Position numbers and translations under genes: made by a program
Shown here: in pieces, positions 1 through 9,709 of the stretch
Layout of the letters: the number at the start of each line of letters is the position of its first letter
Position numbering within the stretch: position 1 is the stretch's first letter
Notes under the pieces: model-generated
What the model was told of the DNA's origin: nothing
What the model saw: the letters and a program-made list of their open reading frames with translations, nothing else
Databases searched by the model: none
IMG/VR virus record: IMGVR_UViG_3300024255_000005
Reading direction: 5' to 3' (one strand)
DNA: 64,000 nucleotides
Origin: an uncultured virus (IMG/VR IMGVR_UViG_3300024255_000005)
Taxonomy: Duplodnaviria > Heunggongvirae > Uroviricota > Caudoviricetes

Positions 1-2
1 TT

Positions 3-863
3 AATTGTGGACAACATTCAGATCTATATGGTTTTTTAAAAGATCATCACCTAAAATTCAAAGATACTCAAGATTCTATTGCAATCATAGAATATATTAA
101 AGAACATAAGGTATCTGTTAATGAAGTAGACACTCTACAACATGGTGTATTTAAAACCTTATACGATTTATCACCTACGAGAAAGGAACTTAAAGAAGTT
201 TTTAAACTAGTAGAGATAGAACCGGGCGATCCTGCCTTTTTCTATTTAAAGAACAGGTTTTTACATAAGAAGCTTAATCACTTCTTGTATTCTCCTAGAG
301 ATAAAAGAATCTTAGTTTTAAACTTAGCACCTGAAGGTAAGGTTATAGGATTTCAAAGTAGATCTTTAAGGAAAAGTAAAAACACAAGATATTTAACATA
401 CGATATAGAAAAGATATATCAGGAAATGAATAAAGAAATACCTCTTCAGGATGAACAGCTTATATCCTCTAAGAAGTTATCAACTTTGTTTGGTATCATG
501 ACTGCAAACTTCCAAATGCCTTGTACGGTATTCGAAGGACCTTTAGATGCCTTATTTATGCCTAACTCTATAGCATTGGCGTCTGTAACCAGATCAACTG
601 AAGAGTTAGACGAAATTCCAACAATAAGATATATGTTTGATAATGACGAAGCAGGAAAATCAAAGATGATGCAAAAATTAAAAAGAGGTAAAGAAGTATT
701 TACATGGGACAAATTTCTGTCTGAATCAAAGATGGATAAATATCCTAGCAAGATTAAAGATCTAAACGATCTAGTTATCGCTGCTTGGAAAACAAAAAAT
801 AAATGTTTATCTACAATGGATAAGTATTTTAGTAATTCACGACTAGATGCTTATTACTTATGA
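3..863 (+). CDS. gp61: DNA primase (T4 gp61-like), 5' end outside the window
   Basis: The frame of ORF 285..863 stays open to the window edge (NCGQHSDLYGFL, end of a Zn-finger). TOPRIM motifs VFEGPLDALF and MFDNDEAG, plus KDLND. Confidence 0.9.
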   Translation, partial: NCGQHSDLYGFLKDHHLKFKDTQDSIAIIEYIKEHKVSVNEVDTLQHGVFKTLYDLSPTRKELKEVFKLVEIEPGDPAFFYLKNRFLHKKLNHFLYSPRDKRILVLNLAPEGKVIGFQSRSLRKSKNTRYLTYDIEKIYQEMNKEIPLQDEQLISSKKLSTLFGIMTANFQMPCTVFEGPLDALFMPNSIALASVTRSTEELDEIPTIRYMFDNDEAGKSKMMQKLKRGKEVFTWDKFLSESKMDKYPSKIKDLNDLVIAAWKTKNKCLSTMDKYFSNSRLDAYYL

Positions 864-1072
864 TAGACGATTACGTACAAATGGTAAATGACGAATTAGA
901 TCAATTCGAAGAAGATGGAAAAAGACACAAAAACCTAAAAATGATTATTGGGTTTGCAGCAGCCGATTTATCACACGCTGAAAAAGAAATTAAAATAACT
1001 CCTAAATACAAAAAGAAATTTAAGAGTCAAGTTTATATTAAGAAGAATACTAATAATAACTCATTATTCTAA
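860..1072 (+). CDS. hypothetical protein with C-terminal SLF motif
   Basis: 70 aa ORF overlapping the primase stop (ATGA) in a co-directional operon. Confidence 0.65.
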   Translation: MIDDYVQMVNDELDQFEEDGKRHKNLKMIIGFAAADLSHAEKEIKITPKYKKKFKSQVYIKKNTNNNSLF

Positions 1073-1082
1073 AAAACACCAC

Positions 1083-1520
1083 ATGACAGAACAATCAACT
1101 AACAAATCTAAGATTGTACAATTAGACGAATATTTAGCAAACCAAAGATCAGAATGGACTTTAAAGATTAAAGAACTTACTGCAAACTTAAAAGAAGGTA
1201 TTAACCTAGAAGATGTTAGTGCATACACGTTAAGTTATAGGCAAATATTAGTTGAAAATTTAGCAACTATCGCTGGTAAAATTAGAACACAAAAAGGAAC
1301 AGTAGACAAGTTATATAAACAGAAATGGATCGAATATTATAAGTTTGATTATAAGATAACGGATAAACAAAGAGAACGTTTTATCGACGCAGATCTTTCA
1401 GATGATAAACAGATTTTGGATTTACTTGAAAGCCAAAAGGCCTTTATTGAAGGCTCAGTAAAAACTCTCGACAATATGGGCTTTGCAATAAAGAATCGCC
1501 TTGATATTTCGAGACTGTAA
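1083..1520 (+). CDS. uvsY: recombination mediator UvsY-like
   Basis: Helical 145 aa protein with KWIEYY, FIDAD and a GFAIKNRL C-terminus typical of UvsY; directly upstream of UvsW. Confidence 0.75.
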   Translation: MTEQSTNKSKIVQLDEYLANQRSEWTLKIKELTANLKEGINLEDVSAYTLSYRQILVENLATIAGKIRTQKGTVDKLYKQKWIEYYKFDYKITDKQRERFIDADLSDDKQILDLLESQKAFIEGSVKTLDNMGFAIKNRLDISRL

Positions 1521-1537
1521 AAAAAGTTAAATGAAAA

Positions 1538-3046
1538 TTGATTTTAACTCTAACGGATGATAATCAATTCTTACGAATTGATGAAGCAGAGGAACTTGAA
1601 CTAGAGCAGATTAAAATATCTTTAACTAAAAGAATTGATAGTTGGAGATTTAATCCTTTAGTCAAGAAAGGAATATGGGACGGATATGTTTCATACATCA
1701 AAGACGATAAGTGGATTCCCGCTGGTCTTTGGAGATATGTTATGCTCATTTGCAAGGAATATAAGTTTGATCTTAAACTTAATGGAATTCAAAGACTATT
1801 TGATAGAAACATAGGTGCAGAATCATTTGAAGCATGGGCTTTAGAATTTTTTAAGGATAGTAAATTTGTTCCAAGGGATTATCAAATAGAAACAGCATTT
1901 AATATCCTAAAGTTTAGGAGATGTTTAGCTGAATTAGCAACTTCCGCTGGGAAAACACTTATTAGTTTTTTAACAGTGGCGTATATGTTAGAAAAAGAAA
2001 AGGCCGAAAAGATATTATTTATAGTTCCTAATGTTTCTCTAGTTGTTCAGGCCCATGAAGATTTCCACGAATACAATAATAAGAATAGAATAAAACTAAA
2101 GATACAACAGATATATGCCGGCCAGAAAATAAAGTCAGACAGAAATGTAGTGATAGGTACGTATCAGTCCTTAGTTAAAAAGCCCAAAGAATATTTTCAA
2201 CAGTTCGATGCTGTTATTGTAGATGAAACTCATAAGGCGAAATCTAATTCTATTAAGACTATATTACAAAAATGTACAAGTGCACAATATAAGTATGGTT
2301 TATCAGGTACGATTCCTAAAGACGGAACATTAGATAAGTTAACTCTAATGAGTCAGACTGGACCTGTGATTAGTGAAGTTAAGGCTGCATTCTTACAGAG
2401 TCAAGGCCACATTGCTAAATGTAAAGTAAAGGTAATTGAAATGAATTACGCACCTGATTCCGCAAAAAAAGCATTTGAAGAATTAGCATTTAATAAGTAT
2501 GATAGGAAGGATGTTTTTCAACTAGAACAAAACTATATTATTAATTCTTTTGGTAGACTTAATTTTATATGTAATGTTGTTGGTAAGGTCCCTAGGAACT
2601 CTCTAGTTCTGTTTCATAGAATAGAACATGGTAAAAAAATATACGAACAGCTCCGCCAAAACTCAGATAAAAGAGTTTTTTATGTAGATGGAGGAACAGA
2701 TAAAGATATTAGAGAAGAATATAAAAAGAAAATGGAAGCAGGAGATGAAGTAGTTATTGTAGCGAGTTATGGTACATTTTCTACTGGAATTTCCATTAAG
2801 AAAATACACAATATATTCTTTACAGAGTCATTTAAGTCCGAGGTGATCATCAGGCAGTCAATTGGTAGAGGTCTAAGGCAACATGAGTCTAAAGAAGCTG
2901 TATTAATTGTCGATTTTGTGGATGACATTAGAACTGACGAATGGGATAACTATTTATATAAACATAGTAAGGCAAGGCAGAAAATTTATAAACAAGAGAA
3001 ATTTGAGTATAGTATTAAGAAAGTCAAATTTGACGGAGATATATAG
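1538..3046 (+). CDS. uvsW: UvsW SF2 DNA helicase
   Basis: PRDYQ, ATSAGKT (Walker A), VDETH, GLSGT, STGISI and QSIGRGLR motifs. Confidence 0.95.
   Translation: MILTLTDDNQFLRIDEAEELELEQIKISLTKRIDSWRFNPLVKKGIWDGYVSYIKDDKWIPAGLWRYVMLICKEYKFDLKLNGIQRLFDRNIGAESFEAWALEFFKDSKFVPRDYQIETAFNILKFRRCLAELATSAGKTLISFLTVAYMLEKEKAEKILFIVPNVSLVVQAHEDFHEYNNKNRIKLKIQQIYAGQKIKSDRNVVIGTYQSLVKKPKEYFQQFDAVIVDETHKAKSNSIKTILQKCTSAQYKYGLSGTIPKDGTLDKLTLMSQTGPVISEVKAAFLQSQGHIAKCKVKVIEMNYAPDSAKKAFEELAFNKYDRKDVFQLEQNYIINSFGRLNFICNVVGKVPRNSLVLFHRIEHGKKIYEQLRQNSDKRVFYVDGGTDKDIREEYKKKMEAGDEVVIVASYGTFSTGISIKKIHNIFFTESFKSEVIIRQSIGRGLRQHESKEAVLIVDFVDDIRTDEWDNYLYKHSKARQKIYKQEKFEYSIKKVKFDGDI
3038..3045 (+). promoter_or_regulatory. 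putative late promoter GATATATA
   Basis: Same (G/A)ATATATA motif precedes ~15 structural or late genes. Confidence 0.7.
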
Positions 3047-3079
3047 AATAACGAAACTAAATTAAATAAACATTAAAAA

Positions 3080-5284
3080 ATGGCACAAGTTAATAAAATT
3101 TCTTCATTTAAATCGTTTACAGAGATTAGAAAACAGGAATCTGTTAGTAAACTTAGAGAAGAAAACAATTTAAAAAGACAAGAATCAGTTGGTAAAATAG
3201 CTGCTATTCTAGATGAATTAGGATTAACTTCTTTCGAAGGATTAGAAGAAGATCAAAAGCAATCAATTATCTCAAAAATATTCGGAGATGTTTCTGAAGA
3301 AGAAATAGCTGAAATAGAAGTAGAGGTAGAAGAAGTTACTGCATCAGAAGAAGTTACTGAATCAGACGAACCAAAGTGTACTAATAAAAAAGGACATTTA
3401 TATAAGCAAATTGACAAGGACGGAACGGTAGAATGCGTACAATGTGGTCTAAGAAATTCATTAAGCGAATCTTTAGTTACTGAAGCTAAATCATTTTCAG
3501 AAGAAGAAATTAAAGCGACCACCGAAGTAGTTGCAGATGCAATAGCAAAGGTTTACAAAACTAAAGCAAAGGTTATAGACTTTGAAACTTTAGATAAGGA
3601 TGGTAAGATCGCAGGATTTTACATACATAAAGCAACAAATGATAGACACTCAAGATATTGGGTTACTGATTCTGGTGAAGTTGTTTCAGCATTTAGACAT
3701 GATACATTCGGAGACGGAGTTGTTGCACAGGTTGGAGATAAATTAGCTAGCGTGGTTAAAACGTTTAAAGCAAATGAATCTTTAGTTACTGAAAAGGCTA
3801 AATTTAAAGTAGGTGATACTACTGAAAATTCAATTGGAAGTGAAGTTGAAATAATCGCTATCGATAATTGGAGAAATATATCAAAACAATTTAAAAAAGA
3901 AATGGGATCAGATGCAGATTCATACGGATATGAAGATACTGCAAAGGGAGATTACTATCTTGCTAAAATTGTTAAAAGTGAAGAAGGTGATGAAGGTGAT
4001 TTAGGTATATTCCCAGTTGAATATGATCATGCAAATTACTGGGGATTAGGAGAATCATTAATGAATGAGGCCTTAGATATTAAATACAAAAGAGATGCAA
4101 AGAAAGTATTAACTCAATACAATAAAATATTTGCAGAACTAGGAAGCTTAACAGCTGATAAAATTTCTCACTTAGCAGCTATCAAATATATTTACGCTGA
4201 AGCATTAACTGATGCTAATTTCCATAGAGAAAGAACAGCTACTGAAAAAATTATCAAAGGAAGATTAGGAAGCGTTACTGTTAATCCTTTAACTCTTGGT
4301 AAACAAGCTATTATAGTAGGATCAAAGAAAATATCACAGATATTAGATGAGTATTATTCTAGAATTTCAAATGCAGCCGGATGGTCAGGTATTGGAGTTG
4401 CTGAAGGTACTGCTCTATATTTAGAATCTATTGGTGAATCTAAGCTTGCTGAAAAATTATTAGCAGGATTTAATGCAGTAGAAGAATCAGTTAAGTTTCA
4501 ATTAACTGAAGAAGAAATTTCTTTAAAAGAATCTAAATTTAACGAAGTAATTAATTATGTAATTAATGAAGGAACTAGAGGTCAATTTGGTAAAATAGAT
4601 AATAGAGGAAATATCACTTCAGTATATACTCATTATGATTCTTACCCAGAAAACATGTTACCTATTATTAAGAAATCTTTTAAAGGTGGTAAGAACGTAG
4701 ATACTGTTCTTTCTAAAGGTGCTAATTCAGGATTAGATAGTGATATAAGTAAAATTAACTTTTATGGTGATGGTTCTGTAGCAACTAATGGAAATATTAA
4801 AAAGATAGACCTTTATCTTAGTTCAGTAAGTGATGATGGTGCAGAATTCGTTTATTTATGGGATGAAAAGTCTAAAAAATGGATGATGGCAGATATCTAC
4901 GGAGAAACTGGATTAGTTCCAGCATTTGAATCAAATATTTATGAAGGTACTACTACATCTTTAGATGAATTTACAACTGACACCAAAAGTTACTCAGGTG
5001 CTTTAGCATATTCTTTTGAGAATCATAAAAAGAATTTTAAAGAAAATATTAAAGTAAGTACTGCTCTTGGAGATAAGTTTAAATTTACAAATGAAAAAGG
5101 AGGTATTGTAATGCAAAGGTCTCATGGTTCTGAATTTGACACAGTGTGGTTATCAGCTGATAAGAAAGAAGCTCAGAAAGTTGCAGATTGGCTTAAATCA
5201 GAAGGTGCTGAAATTGTTCTTTTTGGCCCAAAGACTAGATCATTTACTGGCAGCAAACAAGAATTTATCGATAGATATTTATAA
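3080..5284 (+). CDS. putative capsid-internal polyprotein (about 6 modules)
   Basis: N-terminal KISSFKSFTE targeting-like motif; modules separated by ESLVTE|A, ESLVTE|K, ESLMNE|A, VINE|G and ESNIYE|G. Confidence 0.7.
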   Translation: MAQVNKISSFKSFTEIRKQESVSKLREENNLKRQESVGKIAAILDELGLTSFEGLEEDQKQSIISKIFGDVSEEEIAEIEVEVEEVTASEEVTESDEPKCTNKKGHLYKQIDKDGTVECVQCGLRNSLSESLVTEAKSFSEEEIKATTEVVADAIAKVYKTKAKVIDFETLDKDGKIAGFYIHKATNDRHSRYWVTDSGEVVSAFRHDTFGDGVVAQVGDKLASVVKTFKANESLVTEKAKFKVGDTTENSIGSEVEIIAIDNWRNISKQFKKEMGSDADSYGYEDTAKGDYYLAKIVKSEEGDEGDLGIFPVEYDHANYWGLGESLMNEALDIKYKRDAKKVLTQYNKIFAELGSLTADKISHLAAIKYIYAEALTDANFHRERTATEKIIKGRLGSVTVNPLTLGKQAIIVGSKKISQILDEYYSRISNAAGWSGIGVAEGTALYLESIGESKLAEKLLAGFNAVEESVKFQLTEEEISLKESKFNEVINYVINEGTRGQFGKIDNRGNITSVYTHYDSYPENMLPIIKKSFKGGKNVDTVLSKGANSGLDSDISKINFYGDGSVATNGNIKKIDLYLSSVSDDGAEFVYLWDEKSKKWMMADIYGETGLVPAFESNIYEGTTTSLDEFTTDTKSYSGALAYSFENHKKNFKENIKVSTALGDKFKFTNEKGGIVMQRSHGSEFDTVWLSADKKEAQKVADWLKSEGAEIVLFGPKTRSFTGSKQEFIDRYL

Positions 5285-5301
5285 TAAAAAATAAAAATAA
5301 A

Positions 5302-5343
5302 CTGACCTGGATTTTTCCGGGTCAAGTTTTTTAATTATATTAG
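5302..5343 (+). terminator. hairpin terminator overlapping a TATATTAG promoter
   Basis: TGACCTGGA-TTTT-TCCGGGTCA stem, a T-run, then TATATTAG at 5336-5343. Confidence 0.65.
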
Positions 5344-5351
5344 CTATATAC

Positions 5352-6731
5352 ATGGAACTAAATAACAACTTCGTAGATTTTATTCAACATCACGCAGATG
5401 CACAAGGTATGACCAGAGAGGAATATGTTGCACATTATATGAGTGAAAATAAGAGTAAAGTTCTATCGTTTGACGAATATATCGTTGAAAAATACAATAC
5501 ACTTAAAGAAGAATTAATCTTAGAAGGCGGTGCAGCTGGTCACATGTCTCATCCTTTCGATGAAAAAGATTTAACATTTGCAGATTTTAAGAAGATTGTA
5601 ACATCTGGTCTCCAAGGAGAATTAAACTTCGAAGAAGAACCTACTGAAAAGACCGATGGACAAAATGTATTTGCAACAGTACAGGATGGAGAAGTAAAAT
5701 TTTCTAGAAATAAAGGTGGTTTAAAAGATCCTATGGATTTAAAATCATTTAAAGATAAATTTGAAGGACATGCTAGTAAATTAGTTCAAGATACTTTTCA
5801 ATTTGCTGCAGAAGATTTAGCAAATGCTTTAATAAAATTATCACCTAAAGATTTAGAAGTTTTTGATAATGGTAAAAACTGGATGAACATGGAATTAATT
5901 TATTCTAAGAATCCAAACGTTATCTATTATGATCGTGATGTTATTCAATTTCACGGTATTAAGAAAACTGACGGAGAAGGTAATTTTATCGGAGATGATA
6001 ATAAATCAGCCGCTGCAATAGTTAAAGCACTAGAAGGTGTTAAAGCTAATATAGGAAAGATATTCACTGTAATTCCCCCACAGATTGTTAAAATAGGTAA
6101 AGATCTTAATTTTGATAAAAATCAATCTAAATTTATAAAACAAATAGAAACATTGAGAGATCGTTATAATTTAACAGATGCTGATGAAGTTTCTAGATAT
6201 CATGAAATGTGGTGGAGAGAAACAATAGATACAAATTTCCCTGATTTACAACAAGACTATAAGGAAGGTTTATTATTAAGATGGGCCTATGGAGATAAGA
6301 AGTCTTTAGATATGAGATCACTTGCAAAGGAAATAGGAAAAGATGAAGCAGCTTCTGTTAAGAAATTTGACAAAGAAGATGTTAAAAAGAAATATAAAGA
6401 AAACATTAGACCGTTTGAAGATTTATTCTTAGAACTAGGATCTATAATTCTTAAAAATGCTTCTAATTTTGTAGCAGCAAATCCTGATAAGGAGATGCAA
6501 AGACTGCATAATCAGATTAGAACAGAAGCAGACAAGATCAAAAAAGGAGGTGAAGTTGACCAGGTTAATAGAGTAATGAAAGAACTTGATAGACTTGATA
6601 GAATTGGAGGAGTAGAATCTATTATACCAACCGAAGGAATAGTTTTTGTATATAAAGGAAAGACTATGAAATTAACAGGAACTTTTGCTGCCATCAATCA
6701 GTTGATGGGAATCATAAAGTACGGAAGATAA
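5352..6731 (+). CDS. ATP-dependent ligase-fold nucleotidyltransferase (RNA ligase-like), probably virion-packaged
   Basis: Motif I TEKTDG, motif III ELIY, motif IV EGIVF, motif V KLTG. KVLSFDEYIVE targeting-like motif and LILE|GGAAGHMSHPFD processing-like site. Confidence 0.65.
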   Translation: MELNNNFVDFIQHHADAQGMTREEYVAHYMSENKSKVLSFDEYIVEKYNTLKEELILEGGAAGHMSHPFDEKDLTFADFKKIVTSGLQGELNFEEEPTEKTDGQNVFATVQDGEVKFSRNKGGLKDPMDLKSFKDKFEGHASKLVQDTFQFAAEDLANALIKLSPKDLEVFDNGKNWMNMELIYSKNPNVIYYDRDVIQFHGIKKTDGEGNFIGDDNKSAAAIVKALEGVKANIGKIFTVIPPQIVKIGKDLNFDKNQSKFIKQIETLRDRYNLTDADEVSRYHEMWWRETIDTNFPDLQQDYKEGLLLRWAYGDKKSLDMRSLAKEIGKDEAASVKKFDKEDVKKKYKENIRPFEDLFLELGSIILKNASNFVAANPDKEMQRLHNQIRTEADKIKKGGEVDQVNRVMKELDRLDRIGGVESIIPTEGIVFVYKGKTMKLTGTFAAINQLMGIIKYGR

Positions 6732-6741
6732 ATAATATAAT

Positions 6742-8613
6742 ATGGCACTTAAAAAACTAAGACAAGTATTTCAGGAAACTAATATCAATGCATTTCAAGA
6801 TATGTTGAATAGCAGGGTTCTAGTAACTGAAAAAATACAAGGAGCTTCATTTCACGTTAGAAGAAACCAGACTAAATTCGAATACTATAAATCTGGAGAT
6901 TCTAGAATGAACATGATAGATAGAACGATAGTAGGTTTATATGAAACAGGTGTCAAGCACATTCAAAGTTTAGATCCTAGTATAAAAGAACAAATGCCAC
7001 ATGATTGGAAATTTGGTTTTGAATATTTACCTGAATTAAACGTGTCAGAATACAAATATACTAGACTACCCAAAAATAATTTAATACTTACTCACATTCA
7101 AACTATGAATGAGTCAGGTAAGATTAGAAAAACAATTAGCGATCCAGTTATATTAAATAAATGGGCAAAGATATTAGAGGTTCAAGGACCTAGCATTGTA
7201 TTTGACGGTATGTTATCTCAAATGCAAAAAGAAGAATTAATAACTGTTTTATCTATGTCAGATAAGGAGTTTTCTGAAGCATTTGATTATGATAAAAATA
7301 CAGATGCAAGATTACCTTTCACACAAAAGATGATTAAGACATTTAATCCAAATGCAGTTTCTCCTACGCTAAATGAAGACTTTGAAGTAGAAATTGACGG
7401 ATTAATAGTTTCTTTTATTGATGAGAAAAAATCTAGATCTTTTAAATTAGAAGATTTTACAAGAACTGTTAGCGAAAATAAGAGATCAAGTCACATGTAT
7501 CAAATTACTATTGCTGGTCTTATTGAATTTATTTCTACATTTGAAATGAAAGACATTCAACTAAATGAAGAAACAGCAGACTGGAGATATATTGAATTAA
7601 TGTCAGTGATGTTTAATACGTATGTTAAAGAACACTCTACTAAGTTTATTGGTGTTAACTTTGAATCAGCTGATTTTGCAGATTCAGATTCCTTTAAACT
7701 AAATACTAAATACATTAAGAACGAGACCACTCTTTCCTATGTTGAAAACGAAATACTTGCAGAATTATTTAAAATAACTTTAAGTTCTTTTAGAAAAAAG
7801 AGAAGCAAGGAAAGTGATATTATAAATGCAGAAATGTTAGAGCATTTAAATCAAATAGTAGAGGCTATAGACAAGAAAGTATTTGTAGAGAATACCGATG
7901 AAAATTCCATATATGACTTTAATAATTTCATATTACATAATAAAGTAAAGACAAGTGTTAATTTAAATGAAGCACTTAAAGTAGATCATCCTGAACAAGG
8001 AGGAGAATTAGTAAATATGTTTGTTGGTAGATTCCAACCATTTACACTTGGACATGCTAAAGTATTAGAAGCTATACACAAAGAAAATGGATATCCTGTG
8101 GTTGTTTTATTAGTAAAAGCAAAGAAAAAGAAAAAGGAAGATGCATTTAAAAGACCTTATGATGAGAAGACACAATCAGATATGTTTAAGGCGGTTCAAA
8201 AACAATATCCATTCTTAAAAGAAATCTTTGTAATTCCAACTGGAGGTATTGATACAATGTTCAATGCAATGAGACCAACTTATGAACCCGTATTATGGGG
8301 AACAGGAAGTGATAGAATGAAAACCTATGGATTCCAAGTAAATAAAGATTCTTATAGAGAAGATCTTGGAGTTAGAAGTGATTTTGGATTATTTGAAATT
8401 CCAAGAACAGATGATAATATTTCAGCTACTCAGGTTAGAAATGCAATGTTAGACGGAGATGAAAAACTATTTAAGTCTACAACGCCAAAAGCCTTACATA
8501 AAATGTATGGCGAACTTAAGAAAAAATTAGAAGATTCAGTAGGTACTTCAGAATCAAATGAAGTTACTGAATCATTATTAACATTTAAACAATTTTTAGA
8601 AAACAATGGATAG
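6742..8613 (+). CDS. ligase-fold domain fused to a HIGH-family nucleotidyltransferase (NMNAT/cytidylyltransferase-like)
   Basis: N-terminal VTEKIQGASF, FGFEY, DGLIV and FKL; C-terminal GRFQPFTLGH, GSDR and ISATQVR. Domains separated by VNLNE|A; C-terminal LLTFKQFLE. Confidence 0.75.
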   Translation: MALKKLRQVFQETNINAFQDMLNSRVLVTEKIQGASFHVRRNQTKFEYYKSGDSRMNMIDRTIVGLYETGVKHIQSLDPSIKEQMPHDWKFGFEYLPELNVSEYKYTRLPKNNLILTHIQTMNESGKIRKTISDPVILNKWAKILEVQGPSIVFDGMLSQMQKEELITVLSMSDKEFSEAFDYDKNTDARLPFTQKMIKTFNPNAVSPTLNEDFEVEIDGLIVSFIDEKKSRSFKLEDFTRTVSENKRSSHMYQITIAGLIEFISTFEMKDIQLNEETADWRYIELMSVMFNTYVKEHSTKFIGVNFESADFADSDSFKLNTKYIKNETTLSYVENEILAELFKITLSSFRKKRSKESDIINAEMLEHLNQIVEAIDKKVFVENTDENSIYDFNNFILHNKVKTSVNLNEALKVDHPEQGGELVNMFVGRFQPFTLGHAKVLEAIHKENGYPVVVLLVKAKKKKKEDAFKRPYDEKTQSDMFKAVQKQYPFLKEIFVIPTGGIDTMFNAMRPTYEPVLWGTGSDRMKTYGFQVNKDSYREDLGVRSDFGLFEIPRTDDNISATQVRNAMLDGDEKLFKSTTPKALHKMYGELKKKLEDSVGTSESNEVTESLLTFKQFLENNG

Positions 8614-9685
8614 GTACGATTTTGAAAGAGCACTTAATAGTGCTGCAAAAACCAATGCTGAAAATGAAGCATTAATTATAGAATCCTATATTGGAGTTGC
8701 ATCAACCGGCAGTAAGGCTGCCCAACAAAATTTATTTAATTCAATTAATAAAACATTCAAAGGGAATAAGTGTCCATGGCAAGGTGTTGAGTTTACTTCA
8801 ACATCAGATGTCAAACAACAGCCTGATGGTAGGTTATGGCTTTCTAAAATGGATGCCAATACATTCGGAGTAGTTTTTAAATATTTAATGTTAAATGCAA
8901 ACGAAGCAAACCAATTGCTTAATATTGGAAGAGACGATAATGGAATTGGTGCTGGAGAAATAATGCTAGCATATATTGTAGAAAATATAAAAATAGGTGG
9001 AGGTTCTGCTGATACTGACTTAGAATTATATAATGAAAAGTGGTCACCAATTAAACCACCCTCTGGTAAATGTGAGTTAAAAGAAGCTCAAATGTCAAAG
9101 GGCATGTTACAAAATTGGAGAACAGGTGCAAAACACCAGGGAATTAATAGTGATTATGTACCGGAGTTAACGGCATTATATGACGCAGTAAAATATAAGA
9201 TTAAAGAAATCAACCCGGACGGAGATGGTAAAGATATGGCTGCCTCTGGTGGTTGGGTAAATGAATGGGGAACTGTAGGTGGAAAAAGATTTAAGCATAT
9301 TCAGAATTTAACTAAGACAGATATTCAGGCCCTTTCTTCTAGTGAAAGAGATTTTAAAATAGGTCCTGGAGAAGAAGACAACGGTGCATTAGTAATTAAA
9401 TTTAATGACGTAGAATTAGGAAAGCTAAGTGACTCTAAAACTGCAGAAAAAATTAAAAGTATAATAGAGACTGAGTCTTCCGTTAGAACATTTACTGAAA
9501 TACAAAACGATGTAATTTCAGCAGTAGGAGATATATCTACTCCATTCCTTTTTATAGAATCTAAAGCACAAAAAATAGTAGCTTTTCATTATTATAAGAG
9601 ATTACCTGGTAAAACTAGCGAATTACAAATATATTCTATTACACAGGGTAAATTTAAATATAGAATAAAGCCTAACCGCGTTTAA
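8606..9685 (+). CDS. putative PD-(D/E)xK endonuclease
   Basis: GAGEIMLA...ADTDLEL...CELK arrangement typical of the restriction-endonuclease fold; N-terminal YDFERALN and LIIE|S. Confidence 0.5.
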   Translation: MDRYDFERALNSAAKTNAENEALIIESYIGVASTGSKAAQQNLFNSINKTFKGNKCPWQGVEFTSTSDVKQQPDGRLWLSKMDANTFGVVFKYLMLNANEANQLLNIGRDDNGIGAGEIMLAYIVENIKIGGGSADTDLELYNEKWSPIKPPSGKCELKEAQMSKGMLQNWRTGAKHQGINSDYVPELTALYDAVKYKIKEINPDGDGKDMAASGGWVNEWGTVGGKRFKHIQNLTKTDIQALSSSERDFKIGPGEEDNGALVIKFNDVELGKLSDSKTAEKIKSIIETESSVRTFTEIQNDVISAVGDISTPFLFIESKAQKIVAFHYYKRLPGKTSELQIYSITQGKFKYRIKPNRV

Positions 9686-9709
9686 ATAAATAAACAAATA
9701 CAAATAAAA

